Shown one piece after another: positions 40,578 through 50,742 of a stretch of 64,000 bases of DNA. The number at the start of each line of letters is the position of its first letter. The first letter of the stretch is position 1. Origin of the DNA: Promethearchaeia archaeon. GTDB taxonomy: Archaea > Asgardarchaeota > Lokiarchaeia > Sigyniarchaeales > SOKP01. The notes under the pieces were generated by a model. It did not search any database. It was not told the origin of the DNA and saw nothing but the letters and a program-made list of their open reading frames with translations. Location: NCBI GenBank assembly GCA_029856045.1, contig JAHQWG010000012.1, positions 32,001-96,000 on the forward strand. Direction: 5' to 3'. A program made the translations under genes and the position numbers.

Positions 40578-41408
40578 TTAGCCCATTTCTTTAAGAAATT
40601 TATCTATATAATTATTTATCTCCTTATAGATTTGTGATGGTGCTAAATGACCAGCAAACTCTATTGCAATCAATTCAGAATTGGGAATTTTTTCAGCTAA
40701 TCTTTCCGAAAAAGTGAGAGGGCTGTAATTATCCAGCATTCCACCCACGATCAACGTGGGACATTTAATATCAGAAGGATCAAAACATTTCGCTTCATCA
40801 ACCATATTGAATATTTCCTCTTCGATGATTTCCTCTAATTCAGGATCACTATATTCTTGGTTTTCGGATGCCTCTTTAAGGGCTAACTTTATAAATGGAA
40901 TTGTACGGTCTAGAACGTCATCAAGAGAATTCTCTGCAATTTTTAGAAAGTTCATACGAATATTATACGGCAAAATGTTCCAAAATGACCCTCGGATATC
41001 ATTATCAATCATTAAGTCCCCAGAATTCAGGAGAATTAAGAATTTAACTTTATCGGGATGTTTTTTAGTTAGGAGTTGTGCAATCATACCTCCAAGAAGA
41101 CTATGAGATAGAATTCCAAATTTTTCATTAATTTTTAGATGTTTCAATAGATCTTCTATATCCCTTAGATATGTCTCTCTTAAATGATCCTTTAATTTTA
41201 TACTAATAGGCTTAAAACTCCTTCCAAGACCAATTGCATCAATTGGAACTAATCTATATTTTTTTTTCTTTAGAAATGAGATTTGATGTTTGAAGAAAAT
41301 AACAGAAGAAGCTTGCCCGTGTAAAAGGATAATGGGGAAATTCTTAGGATCTTCATTGATATCCTCATAATATATGCTTAGAGAATCCTTATTTCGAAAG
41401 AATGGCAT
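40578..41408 (-). CDS. Alpha/beta hydrolase
   Basis: ILLHG, D..G.GRS, SHSLLGG nucleophile elbow variant, G.LD, AGH. Confidence 0.88.
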   Translation of the reverse strand: MPFFRNKDSLSIYYEDINEDPKNFPIILLHGQASSVIFFKHQISFLKKKKYRLVPIDAIGLGRSFKPISIKLKDHLRETYLRDIEDLLKHLKINEKFGILSHSLLGGMIAQLLTKKHPDKVKFLILLNSGDLMIDNDIRGSFWNILPYNIRMNFLKIAENSLDDVLDRTIPFIKLALKEASENQEYSDPELEEIIEEEIFNMVDEAKCFDPSDIKCPTLIVGGMLDNYSPLTFSERLAEKIPNSELIAIEFAGHLAPSQIYKEINNYIDKFLKEMG

Positions 41409-41653
41409 AACTTCTTCTTTTCTTTTTTCAATTCTATTATTAAAAGTATTTGATAATAAAAATATTTTATTGAAATCATGGATTAAAATTGTAAATAGTT
41501 TTAAAATGTGAGTAAAAAGATAAATTTAAAAATAATTAATTTGATCTTGAAATTTTTTAGGAGAAAATATATAAAAATGAAGTTTAAGTTTGTTTAGAAT
41601 TTACTCATTTCTTAGTAATTATTCTACATTATTAAAAGAGAGAAAAAAAAAAT

Positions 41654-43204
41654 TTAGAAATTTTCATAGCGCAAAGAGCGAGATATTATATCCTTCCAAC
41701 AGGAATATTTCTTTTTACGTTCTTCTTCCGTCATCTGAGGTTTATAGGTTTTTTCTACTTTTCTAATCTGTAAGAGCTCATCTTCAGACTTCCAAAACCC
41801 CACTGCTAGCCCAGCCATAAAAACAGCACCTAATGCAGTAGTTTCAGGGTTACCTGTATGTTCAACATCTATTCCCAAGATATCACTTAAAAATTGAAGG
41901 AGAAATTTATTTTGAGATACTCCACCATCAGCTTTTATTTTTTCTATTTGAATTTTTGTGTCTATAATAATGCCTTCAACTATATCTTTTATCCTAAGGC
42001 AAATTCCTTCTAAAATTGCTCTTATTATATGTTCTTTTTTAGTATCTAAGTCTACGCCAAAAAGATTTCCTCGTGTGCTAGAATCCCAATATGGAAATGA
42101 AAGGCCAGTTGTAAATGTTGGTAAAAAATAAACGCCATCTGTTGAATCCACACTTAATGCCATTTTTTCCGTTTCGGAGGGATCATTATATAGTCCCAGT
42201 TCATTCTGCAACCAATCTATGATGTTACCGGCATTATGAGACATTCCTTCCGTCATATAAGTGGTTTGCTCATTGATATGCCAAGCAATTAATGGGTATA
42301 ATTTTCTTTTTGAAGCATAACATTTTTGTCCTGTATTAAGGTCTACAAATGAGCCCGTACCATTTGTAACTTTCATTGATCCTTCGTTAAAACAACATTG
42401 TCCGAATAAACTTGCCATTTGATCTCCAATTAAACATGTAATGGGTATTTCGCCGCCAAAAATTTTTGCTTTTCCGAAATCTCCTCTAGTATCTCTAATT
42501 TCTGGTAATATGTATTCTGGAATTCCCATTGCTTTTAAATATATCGAATTGTATTCTAATTTAAATGGATCAAACAAACCGGTATGAGCATTTGAATAAT
42601 CAGTAGCAAAAACCCTTCCTTCAGTTAAATTCCATAATATCCAAGTATCGATTGTCCCCCATACTACGCTAGTATTGGGGTCGCTGATTAATTCTTTAAC
42701 CTCCGGATGAGTTTCAAGAAAATATCCTGTTCTCATGGATGTATGATCAGTAGTGAATTTAATGGTTGAAAATGTTAATAATTTTATATTACGCGTAAAT
42801 AAGTAGATAAATTTTGTTATACCTCTTAAAAATCTAAAATAGAAACTTTTATTTTTTTTCTCAGTATATAAGGCACATCGTTTATCTTGCCAAGTGATAA
42901 TATTAGAATAAATTTTTCCAGTATTTTTATCCCAGAAAAGAAAGGATGCTCTTTGAGTAGTAATACCAATTGCTGCTATATTCTCGGGACTTAAATTATT
43001 TGATTTTATAACTTCTTCCATAACTTGTCTGCTTAATTCCCAGATTTCTTTTGGATCTTGCTCTACTTGACCCTTTTCTTCCATAATATATTTAGGTTTT
43101 CTTTTGGCTTGGGCGAAAATTTCACCATTTTTATCATAAATGAAAGCTTTAATGTTAGTTGTCCCAATATCAAGGCATAAAATATATGTATCCATTTTTA
43201 TCAC
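41654..43204 (-). CDS. FGGY-family glycerol kinase-like protein, GK5-like subtype
   Basis: LDIGTT, VEQDP, TQR, ITWQDKR, GTIDTW, ATDYSNA, GDQ..LFGQ, GTGSF, ADGG; extra amphipathic segment after WQD. Confidence 0.9.
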   Translation of the reverse strand: MIKMDTYILCLDIGTTNIKAFIYDKNGEIFAQAKRKPKYIMEEKGQVEQDPKEIWELSRQVMEEVIKSNNLSPENIAAIGITTQRASFLFWDKNTGKIYSNIITWQDKRCALYTEKKNKSFYFRFLRGITKFIYLFTRNIKLLTFSTIKFTTDHTSMRTGYFLETHPEVKELISDPNTSVVWGTIDTWILWNLTEGRVFATDYSNAHTGLFDPFKLEYNSIYLKAMGIPEYILPEIRDTRGDFGKAKIFGGEIPITCLIGDQMASLFGQCCFNEGSMKVTNGTGSFVDLNTGQKCYASKRKLYPLIAWHINEQTTYMTEGMSHNAGNIIDWLQNELGLYNDPSETEKMALSVDSTDGVYFLPTFTTGLSFPYWDSSTRGNLFGVDLDTKKEHIIRAILEGICLRIKDIVEGIIIDTKIQIEKIKADGGVSQNKFLLQFLSDILGIDVEHTGNPETTALGAVFMAGLAVGFWKSEDELLQIRKVEKTYKPQMTEEERKKKYSCWKDIISRSLRYENF

Positions 43205-43227
43205 ATTTTTATATTTTCTTTTGAAAT

Positions 43228-44514
43228 TTATATAACTTTAGCAATTAATTCAGTTAAGTCTATTATTTTAATTTTCTTTTTATTATTATCTTCAATTCCT
43301 TTTTCTAATCCTAATTCACAAAGCGGGCAAGCCGTAACGATTATATTTGCACCTGTTTCAATTAATTCATTAACTCTATTTTGCGAGATTTTTTCCGCTA
43401 AATCATTATTTGCCCAATGGAGCGTACCGCTATACCCACAGCAATGGGTATATTTTTCATTACAAATTGGCTCTAATAGATTTAATCCCGGAATTTTCTT
43501 CAAAACTTCTCTTGGCTCGGAAATAACATTTAAATTTCTTGACATTAAGCATGGATCATGATAGACAACGTTTTTGAATTCTTCAGGTATTTGGGTTTTA
43601 AGAATGAGTTTATTTTCCTCAATCAATTGTTTAAATAATTGTAAGATATGAATCACTTTTACTTTTAATTTAACACCAATCTTTTCATATCGATTAAGTA
43701 AAGTATCAGCACAACCTGGACAATCAGTCACAACTAGTTTTGCTCCAGAACTCGTGATTAAATCTATATTTTGCTTGGCATATTCTTTAGCTAAATCCAA
43801 ATGTCGAGTATTAAATAATGGGGCACCACAACACCATCTTTTATCTAAGTTAGTTGAGAATTTAATACCAGCCTTCTTCAATATTTCAATATTAGCTTTA
43901 ACAACTTCTGGAAATTTCATCATTTCGCATCCAATATAATAAAAAACATCATCATTTCCATCAGATTCGATATTTTCAATGCCCTTCTCTTCATAAGTCT
44001 TGAATATATTTGTGTCTTCTATAGTATGAGTTTTATTTAATTTTTCTATTTGTTCTTTTATATAACTTGGAGTCAAACCTTTATCATTAATATCATCTCG
44101 AACCGTTTCAAGCAATGAAACTACTGAAAAATCGAATGGGCACCAAATTTTACAGTTTTCGCAATTACAGCATTCATACATTAAATTAATAAAGTCTTTA
44201 TTTTCTTCTTTAGAAGGATCTATTTTGCCGACTGAAAGATAATAGCCAATTAGAGATTTATAAGCGGGTGCCATACTTTCAGTTTTTGCTCCTTGGAGGG
44301 AATTGCAATCAAATCTGCACATTTTAAGACATAACATGCAATTAATCAAATTTTTTACATCAGCTTTATATTCTCCTTGAGGATAAAAATTTTTCTTTTT
44401 CAACCTAAAATTCTTTAAAACTATTCTTTTAACATCACGGTCAGCATTTGCTATTATAGGAATCATCCATTTATACTTTTTTAATTGTTCCAAGATACTC
44501 ATTTTATTTAGCAC
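43228..44514 (-). CDS. GlpC/GlcF/HdrD-like Fe-S oxidoreductase (2x[4Fe-4S] plus two CCG domains)
   Basis: CMLC..MCRFDC, CCNCENCKIWCP, YIGC, WCCG, CPGC, YHDPC, HCCG, ACPLC. Confidence 0.9.
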   Translation of the reverse strand: MLNKMSILEQLKKYKWMIPIIANADRDVKRIVLKNFRLKKKNFYPQGEYKADVKNLINCMLCLKMCRFDCNSLQGAKTESMAPAYKSLIGYYLSVGKIDPSKEENKDFINLMYECCNCENCKIWCPFDFSVVSLLETVRDDINDKGLTPSYIKEQIEKLNKTHTIEDTNIFKTYEEKGIENIESDGNDDVFYYIGCEMMKFPEVVKANIEILKKAGIKFSTNLDKRWCCGAPLFNTRHLDLAKEYAKQNIDLITSSGAKLVVTDCPGCADTLLNRYEKIGVKLKVKVIHILQLFKQLIEENKLILKTQIPEEFKNVVYHDPCLMSRNLNVISEPREVLKKIPGLNLLEPICNEKYTHCCGYSGTLHWANNDLAEKISQNRVNELIETGANIIVTACPLCELGLEKGIEDNNKKKIKIIDLTELIAKVI

Positions 44515-45982
44515 CTCCCTTTTCAGGGGGAAAATAAGTTTTTCCCGGATTTAAAATATTATTTGGATCAAGTAAGTTTTTTATATCTATTAGTGATCTT
44601 AAAGCTTTCCCCCATTCTTTTTCCATCCAACGTGCTCTATTGATACCAATCCCATGATGATGAGCAATAGATCCTCCAGCTTTAACACATGCATCTATTA
44701 CAGCATCCCAACATTCTTGATAAAACTCAAAATCAGATTTTCCTCCAGTTGCAACCCCACTAAATGTAAAATAAAAACCAACCCCATTAGGATAAAAATG
44801 TGAGGCATGAGCAGTTATATGAAGATTACCTTTAACTTTCTTAACTGAATCAAGAACTAAATGATACAATTCTGCAGCATGTTCCCACATAACAGATACT
44901 TCAATAGTATCAAATACAATTTTATATGGCGGACCAAATGATGTTTCTGTTACCCTAAATCTGGTTTCAAACCAGTGTTCTACTGGTTCTTCTCCACAAT
45001 TAGCACCCTTATTATCTTCACATTTTTCTCTTGTAATAATTCCTTCTAAATTTACAAGTCTTTCATTTCCTTCACAAACAAAAACAGCCATAACTTTATC
45101 TTTCGCTTCTTTTATTTGAGGGAAATGTCTACTTGTTTCTGAGGTATCGTAGATGCGTATAACAGCTGGATATATTTGATTCCTTAAAATATTTCTGATA
45201 GCTTCTAATGAATCTTCGATAGTTGGAAAAGCGTAAGAGATTAATTCTCTTTTTTCTGGATATGGCCATATTTTTAAAGTTGCTTTAGTAACTATCCCTA
45301 ATGTGCCTTCTCCTCCAATAAATAATTTATCAAATTGTGGTCCAGTTGCTGCTCTTATTATTGTTTTTAGTTTAATGATTTCACCTTGTGGTAATATGAT
45401 TTCTAAACCTAAGACTATATCTTCTATTTTTCCATATTTTGTGGAAAATTGACCAGCTGCTCTATGGGCAATCCATCCACCAACAGAAGACATATAAATG
45501 GATTGGGGAATATGTCCACAGGTATAGCCTTTAGCATTAAGATATCTCTCTAAATTCATCCCATTCATACCTGCTTGAACTGTAACAGTCAAATCTTTAT
45601 CATTAATCTCCAATATTTTATTGAACTTTTTCATGTCAATAATGATTCCACCATATATTGGTATCGCACCTCCTACAACTCCTGAACCCTCGCCGTAAGG
45701 GATTATTGGAATTTTTTCCTCATTCGCTAATTTTAAAATCTTAGATATTTGATCATTATTTTCAGGCCATGTTATTAAGTCGGGTAACGCCGCTAATTGT
45801 CCTTGGATTCTCCAATTTAAAGTAATTAGCGTAGAATCTTTAGAATAAGCAATTAAATCTATTTCTCTGGTTGAAACATTTTTTTCCCCCAAAATAACCT
45901 TTAATTTAGAAAGAATCTTTTCTTTATCTTTAATCTCACATCTATTATCTTTAAAAATTAAACCAAATTTTTCAAGAGCCAT
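44504..45982 (-). CDS. FAD-linked oxidoreductase, alkyldihydroxyacetonephosphate synthase-like
   Basis: PYGEGSGV.GG, GHIPQS..MSSVGGWIAHRAAGQFSTKYGKIED, GGEGTLG, SIAHHHGIG, DPNNILNPG. Confidence 0.9.
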   Translation of the reverse strand: MALEKFGLIFKDNRCEIKDKEKILSKLKVILGEKNVSTREIDLIAYSKDSTLITLNWRIQGQLAALPDLITWPENNDQISKILKLANEEKIPIIPYGEGSGVVGGAIPIYGGIIIDMKKFNKILEINDKDLTVTVQAGMNGMNLERYLNAKGYTCGHIPQSIYMSSVGGWIAHRAAGQFSTKYGKIEDIVLGLEIILPQGEIIKLKTIIRAATGPQFDKLFIGGEGTLGIVTKATLKIWPYPEKRELISYAFPTIEDSLEAIRNILRNQIYPAVIRIYDTSETSRHFPQIKEAKDKVMAVFVCEGNERLVNLEGIITREKCEDNKGANCGEEPVEHWFETRFRVTETSFGPPYKIVFDTIEVSVMWEHAAELYHLVLDSVKKVKGNLHITAHASHFYPNGVGFYFTFSGVATGGKSDFEFYQECWDAVIDACVKAGGSIAHHHGIGINRARWMEKEWGKALRSLIDIKNLLDPNNILNPGKTYFPPEKGGAK

Positions 45983-46239
45983 AATTTTCTCATTTATTTC
46001 TAAACTTATTTTATAAATTAAATTAGCTTTTATGATTTTTATTAAGTTTTTGTTAAATAAAATCTTAACTTATTATAAATATCTGAAAACGCATTAATAA
46101 GAAGAATCAAATAGGAGTTTTAAATTTACAAGAATTTAAATGTTAATACATAGTAAAAACATTAATATCAAAAATTGATTATGAGAATATTTGAATAATT
46201 AGCTATAAATATAAAAATTAGAAACTTAATTATTATATC

Positions 46240-46824
46240 ATGAGTGAAAATAAAGAACAACTAAGAAAACTCATAATGATTATTTCTGATCTTAGAGCAA
46301 AAGATTCCGAGCGATATGAAAGTCATGTTGCTTTCATGAATGAAACGGTTAAAATGATAAAGGCAATTGCAAATCAAATGAATGAACATTGGAAACAAGT
46401 TCAAAACTCTTTATTGGATTTAAATAAAACTATTGAAACAAGCCTAGATGCTTTATTAACAGGTATTAATCCAAAAGGATTACGTGAAACCTCACATAGA
46501 TTAAAAGAAATAATGGACACTATGAATAAAAGTGTTCAATCAATGAATCTAGAGAATGTTATGAGAGAATTAAAAGCGATTACAACAGAAGGTCCAAAAG
46601 TATCAATAGATTTTTCTCAACCAGTTGCTGAACAAATTTCAGCTGGAATGAGTTATCCACAGAGTGGAACAAAATTAAAGCCTCCTCCTGGAACAGAGCA
46701 AACAGGACAAGCAGAAGAGGAGGAGATATATGGGTATATCCCAGATAGTATGAAAAAGAAAAAGAAGAAGAAAGACGAAGAAGAACCGCATTTAATGAAG
46801 CCAAGCGATTTATTTAAGAAATAA
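46240..46824 (+). CDS. Hypothetical coiled-coil protein with low-complexity charged tail
   Basis: Helical N-terminal half; PPP, EEEE, K8 run and C-terminal KPSDLF. Confidence 0.7.
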   Translation: MSENKEQLRKLIMIISDLRAKDSERYESHVAFMNETVKMIKAIANQMNEHWKQVQNSLLDLNKTIETSLDALLTGINPKGLRETSHRLKEIMDTMNKSVQSMNLENVMRELKAITTEGPKVSIDFSQPVAEQISAGMSYPQSGTKLKPPPGTEQTGQAEEEEIYGYIPDSMKKKKKKKDEEEPHLMKPSDLFKK

Positions 46825-46839
46825 AAAACATTTATTGTT

Positions 46840-47631
46840 TTAAACTTTTTCCTGAGCAATTAAAGCTGCTCCTAATGCCCCAGTTATTTGAGGTGCATCC
46901 AAATTATTATTAAACTGTGGTATTTCAATCTTAAATTCAAGTTCTTTTTCTAAGAAGACCTTCACTGCCGGGTTTTTTGCAACTCCACCACAAAAAATTA
47001 ATTGTGGCTTAACACTAATTCTTTTTGCCATAGAAGCTACTCGCCTAGCGATAGATTTGTGTATGCCGGCTGCAATATCTTCTTTCTTAGCGCCTTGTGC
47101 AAATAATGATATTACTTCTGACTCCGCAAATACTGTACAAGTTGATGAGATAGATTCCGGTTTTTTTGATCTTAATGCTAAATCACCTAATTTTTCTATA
47201 GGTACCTCTAAAGCATTTGCCATAACCTCTAAGAAACGTCCTGTGCCAGCCGCACACTTATCATTCATTTGAAAGTCTATAGGGCTCTTAGTTTTTGAAG
47301 ATATTAAAATTGCTTTGGAATCTTGGCCCCCAATATCAATAACAGAGGTTGCATCTGGAAAAAAGTATAACACACCCTTCGCATGAGCCGTGATTTCGGT
47401 TACCTTTTGATCAGCAATGTCAATAGTATGCCGTCCATAACCAGTGCTCATTATAAAAACATCTTTCTTCTTTAAATTTTCTTCAGACATTATTTGATTA
47501 AATAATTGATGACCAATTTTTTGAAAATTATGAGTAGAGCGTGCAATTTTATAATTTTTGATTTTATTATTATCATCTAATAGAACAATTTTAGTTGAGA
47601 GTGAGCCGATATCTATTCCTACAGTTTTCAT
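46840..47631 (-). CDS. 2-hydroxyacyl-CoA dehydratase activase (HgdC/BadF family)
   Basis: GIDIGS, TGYGR, DIGGQDSK, MNDKCAAGTGRF, STCTVFAESE. Confidence 0.95.
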   Translation of the reverse strand: MKTVGIDIGSLSTKIVLLDDNNKIKNYKIARSTHNFQKIGHQLFNQIMSEENLKKKDVFIMSTGYGRHTIDIADQKVTEITAHAKGVLYFFPDATSVIDIGGQDSKAILISSKTKSPIDFQMNDKCAAGTGRFLEVMANALEVPIEKLGDLALRSKKPESISSTCTVFAESEVISLFAQGAKKEDIAAGIHKSIARRVASMAKRISVKPQLIFCGGVAKNPAVKVFLEKELEFKIEIPQFNNNLDAPQITGALGAALIAQEKV

Positions 47632-47713
47632 ACAATCAATATTATGAGTTATTTATTCAATAATCGTAAAAATTAATTAGAATTAATTGAAAAGAAAATA
47701 AAAACTTTCTTAT

Positions 47714-48493
47714 TTAAGTAAATTGACCGATCGTTAATGTAAGAATAATTGTTAATATTATGGCTAATAAGAAATGAATAAAATATTTAATTATTGATCC
47801 CTTAGACAGTCTGGCTAAATATTGAGCTAAAAGGAATACAGTGATAATTATTATTATAAAAGAAATTATGAATTGTATATATATTAGATTGGGATTAACA
47901 AAAAATGGTGTCAACATTAGTAATGCTCCTAAGAATGAAGAAAGTCCATTAATAATAGCCAAAATACGTGAAGCAAAATCTTCTGCTTTCTCATTAATAT
48001 CCTTTTCTTTCTTATTGGATTTCTCGTCTGAATTAACATTAACTTGTTTTTTTATATAGGTTTCTTTCGCTTTTCGGCTTAACCCAATCATATGCTTCAA
48101 TATTTCCTCTTTTATTTGATTTTGATTATCAAGAGCACTTTCTTCATTCTCTGAATCATCATCTTCATTATATATTGCCATCGCTTTTTTCAATTCGTAA
48201 TTGATTTTTGCTCTTTCAGCTTCTTCAGAAAGGAGAGATCCAGAGATACCAGAAACACCCATAGCAATTGCTGTAGCAATACCAGGTAAAATAAGGATAT
48301 CAGTTGTTGAATATAGAGATTGATCTCTTATATATAAAGTAAAGATTCCGATTATAATTCCCAGCGTTGTTAAAAGACCATCTGTAAAGTTCATAATAAA
48401 ATATCGACGAGCAATCGCACCGACTTCTGAAATTTCCCAGTATAGTTTCCAGCGCCCAATAATACTTTTATTACTTTTTTCTCTTACATCCAT
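47714..48493 (-). CDS. VIT1/CCC1 family transporter
   Basis: RRYFIMNFTDG, AMGVSG.SG...SEEAE. Confidence 0.85.
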   Translation of the reverse strand: MDVREKSNKSIIGRWKLYWEISEVGAIARRYFIMNFTDGLLTTLGIIIGIFTLYIRDQSLYSTTDILILPGIATAIAMGVSGISGSLLSEEAERAKINYELKKAMAIYNEDDDSENEESALDNQNQIKEEILKHMIGLSRKAKETYIKKQVNVNSDEKSNKKEKDINEKAEDFASRILAIINGLSSFLGALLMLTPFFVNPNLIYIQFIISFIIIIITVFLLAQYLARLSKGSIIKYFIHFLLAIILTIILTLTIGQFT

Positions 48494-48625
48494 CCTATAT
48501 TACTAATTGTATTTTCCTTAAGAAAATTTAAAATCTATTTTTGGGAGGTAATTTTTCTCTATTAGATAATATTCTTGAGATTTATTAAAATATATAATTT
48601 TATTGTTATAAATTTATCTTCACTT

Positions 48626-49531
48626 TTATGAGTTAGAATTCTCACCTTTTATGTTTGCTTTTCTCCCCAAATATATTGAGAATAAGTAATAAATACCAAA
48701 AAGTATTACTAAGACACCCAATATTATTATGAGAATAAAATTGAAATTAGCTGAATAGACTTCTAACAGTTCAAGAGGTATATCTTCTAAATTAATTGGA
48801 AAACTCATTCCTGGAGGAAATAAAATGCTACCGAGCCAAGAAAAGAAAAAAGCCCTTGGAATAGAGCCAATAAATGTTCCTATGGAATATTTTTTCACAT
48901 CTAAATCGACTAATCCTGCTACATAACTGATAGGATCAAAAGCTACAAAAGGTAGAAATCTCGCCACTATGATTGTTCCCATCCCATATTTCCTAATAAA
49001 ATTGTCAGCTAGGAATAAAGCCTTTTCTCCAATAAACTTTTCAACTAATGGTCTTCCACCTTTTCTGCTTATATAGTAACATACGAGTGCCGCTACCATT
49101 GATCCAATAATCCCCATTATTCCTCCTCCGACCAAACCCCAAATTATTCCAGTAGCTAAAAGCACAATTTCAGATGGAATCGGAACTAAAAGACCTTGAA
49201 TAGCCATAATGGCAATAAAAAGTAATATACCCCAAAATGCTAGTATATAAATTGGATTAACAAACCATTCAATAACCAAGCGATATAGAAAGGTTTGGTC
49301 GACAAAGATAATATAATATAATAAATACAATGAGATGCCAATCAAGAAGATAAAGATTATTATGTATATTATTGTTTTAGCATCATAATTAGAAAAATCA
49401 AATAGCTTTTTAAAATATTTCTTTACTCTTAGGGAAATGGTTATTTTTTCTATAGGTTCTTTCTCTTCAATTATTTTCTCCTTTTCCGAATTTTCTCCCA
49501 TTTTACTAACTTGTTTTTTATTATTTTCCAT
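48626..49531 (-). CDS. TVP38/TMEM64 (DedA/VTT domain) membrane protein
   Basis: PIPSE, RKGGRP, RFLPFVAFDPISY.AG. Confidence 0.9.
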   Translation of the reverse strand: MENNKKQVSKMGENSEKEKIIEEKEPIEKITISLRVKKYFKKLFDFSNYDAKTIIYIIIFIFLIGISLYLLYYIIFVDQTFLYRLVIEWFVNPIYILAFWGILLFIAIMAIQGLLVPIPSEIVLLATGIIWGLVGGGIMGIIGSMVAALVCYYISRKGGRPLVEKFIGEKALFLADNFIRKYGMGTIIVARFLPFVAFDPISYVAGLVDLDVKKYSIGTFIGSIPRAFFFSWLGSILFPPGMSFPINLEDIPLELLEVYSANFNFILIIILGVLVILFGIYYLFSIYLGRKANIKGENSNS

Positions 49532-49605
49532 GATAATTTAAATCTAAATTTATATAAAAATTATATTTTTTTATATTTTTATGTAAAAATCGTTAAGAAT
49601 TATAT

Positions 49606-49674
49606 ATGGATATAAGGAAGCTAATTGTACTTAGTCACAGAGGGATAACGGGTCGATTTATGGAATATTTATAA
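49606..49674 (+). pseudogene. Possible N-terminal remnant of a glycerophosphodiester phosphodiesterase
   Basis: MDIRKLIVLSHRGITGRFMEYL* resembles the GDPD start (iiaHRG.sg..pEN); locally GC-richer island. Confidence 0.35.
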
Positions 49675-49824
49675 TTTATTTTAGATTATAAAAAGAAATA
49701 ATAATATAAAATAAAAACTTTTAATTAAAAATTTTATAAATAACAAATAAAGATTTTTTTGTGTCTTTAATATTGTTGGAAAAAAAATAAAAAATAATCT
49801 AATTTTAGTTTAGAGGAAATAAAA

Positions 49825-50742
49825 ATGACTGAAAACGTTGAAGATTTGATTTCAAACAATAATAAAGATGAAATAGAAAAACAAGAAATTAAACTTCAAT
49901 TTCATTTTTATCTCACATTTTTTGCTTTTATATATTTAGGATCATATTTCTTACCTGGTATAATTTTAATGTTATTTATATTGCTATATTTTGTACCATA
50001 CTTTTTACAGACCACAAATTTTGTTTCTCTTTTTATAGAATTAAACCCCTTACTTGCTTTAACATTAATGCCTTTAATTATTATCAGTTGTTATTTAATT
50101 CATTTATTTTTTATAGGTTTATTAACTCGATGGTGCTGGAGTTTTACTGAAAAGAAGTCTCCAACAAAGAATGGGATTATTCCACGAAATGTTCCTAGCG
50201 ATACTTTAAACTATTACCATATTCGTTCATTTGTAATTAAATATGGGAAATTTGTATTCACTAAAGGTCTTTTTCCTTGGTTACTGAATTGGTATTATAA
50301 TTTCGTTGGATCAAATAAAATTGGAAAAGGTACAACAATTGAAGAGGAAATTGTTGGTGATAAATTTATTGATGTAGGTGAAGATTGTTATATTGGAGTT
50401 AATTCAGCAGTATGTTCACACACTGTCGAGGGAACTTTTGGTCGGATACCTTATTTTGAAATAAAACTTGGAGATAATGTTACTTGTACGGCATTTAACA
50501 TAGTCGGTCCTGGATGTGATATCCATGAGAACTCTTATTTATTGCCGTTAGGCTCTACCGGTAAAAACCAAACTACCAAGGGGAATAGTTATTATTTTGG
50601 AATACCTATGCGCAAGATTTTCACGAAAAAGATAATAGAATATTTAAAGATCTCTCAAGAAGATTTAGAAAAAGATAAAGAGTTAAGAAATAGACAAAAA
50701 AAACTTAAGGAAAAAATAGAGAGTGATGTATTATTAAAATAA
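49825..50742 (+). CDS. Membrane-anchored left-handed beta-helix (hexapeptide) acyltransferase-like protein 1
   Basis: Two TM segments, then KIGKGT, DVGEDCYIG, SHTVEG, KLGDNVT, YYFGIP. Confidence 0.8.
   Translation: MTENVEDLISNNNKDEIEKQEIKLQFHFYLTFFAFIYLGSYFLPGIILMLFILLYFVPYFLQTTNFVSLFIELNPLLALTLMPLIIISCYLIHLFFIGLLTRWCWSFTEKKSPTKNGIIPRNVPSDTLNYYHIRSFVIKYGKFVFTKGLFPWLLNWYYNFVGSNKIGKGTTIEEEIVGDKFIDVGEDCYIGVNSAVCSHTVEGTFGRIPYFEIKLGDNVTCTAFNIVGPGCDIHENSYLLPLGSTGKNQTTKGNSYYFGIPMRKIFTKKIIEYLKISQEDLEKDKELRNRQKKLKEKIESDVLLK

Noticed and set aside
46840-47631. Activase as part of the lipid operon
   Set aside because: Separated by an opposite-strand gene, and no dehydratase subunits nearby; no evidence of linkage
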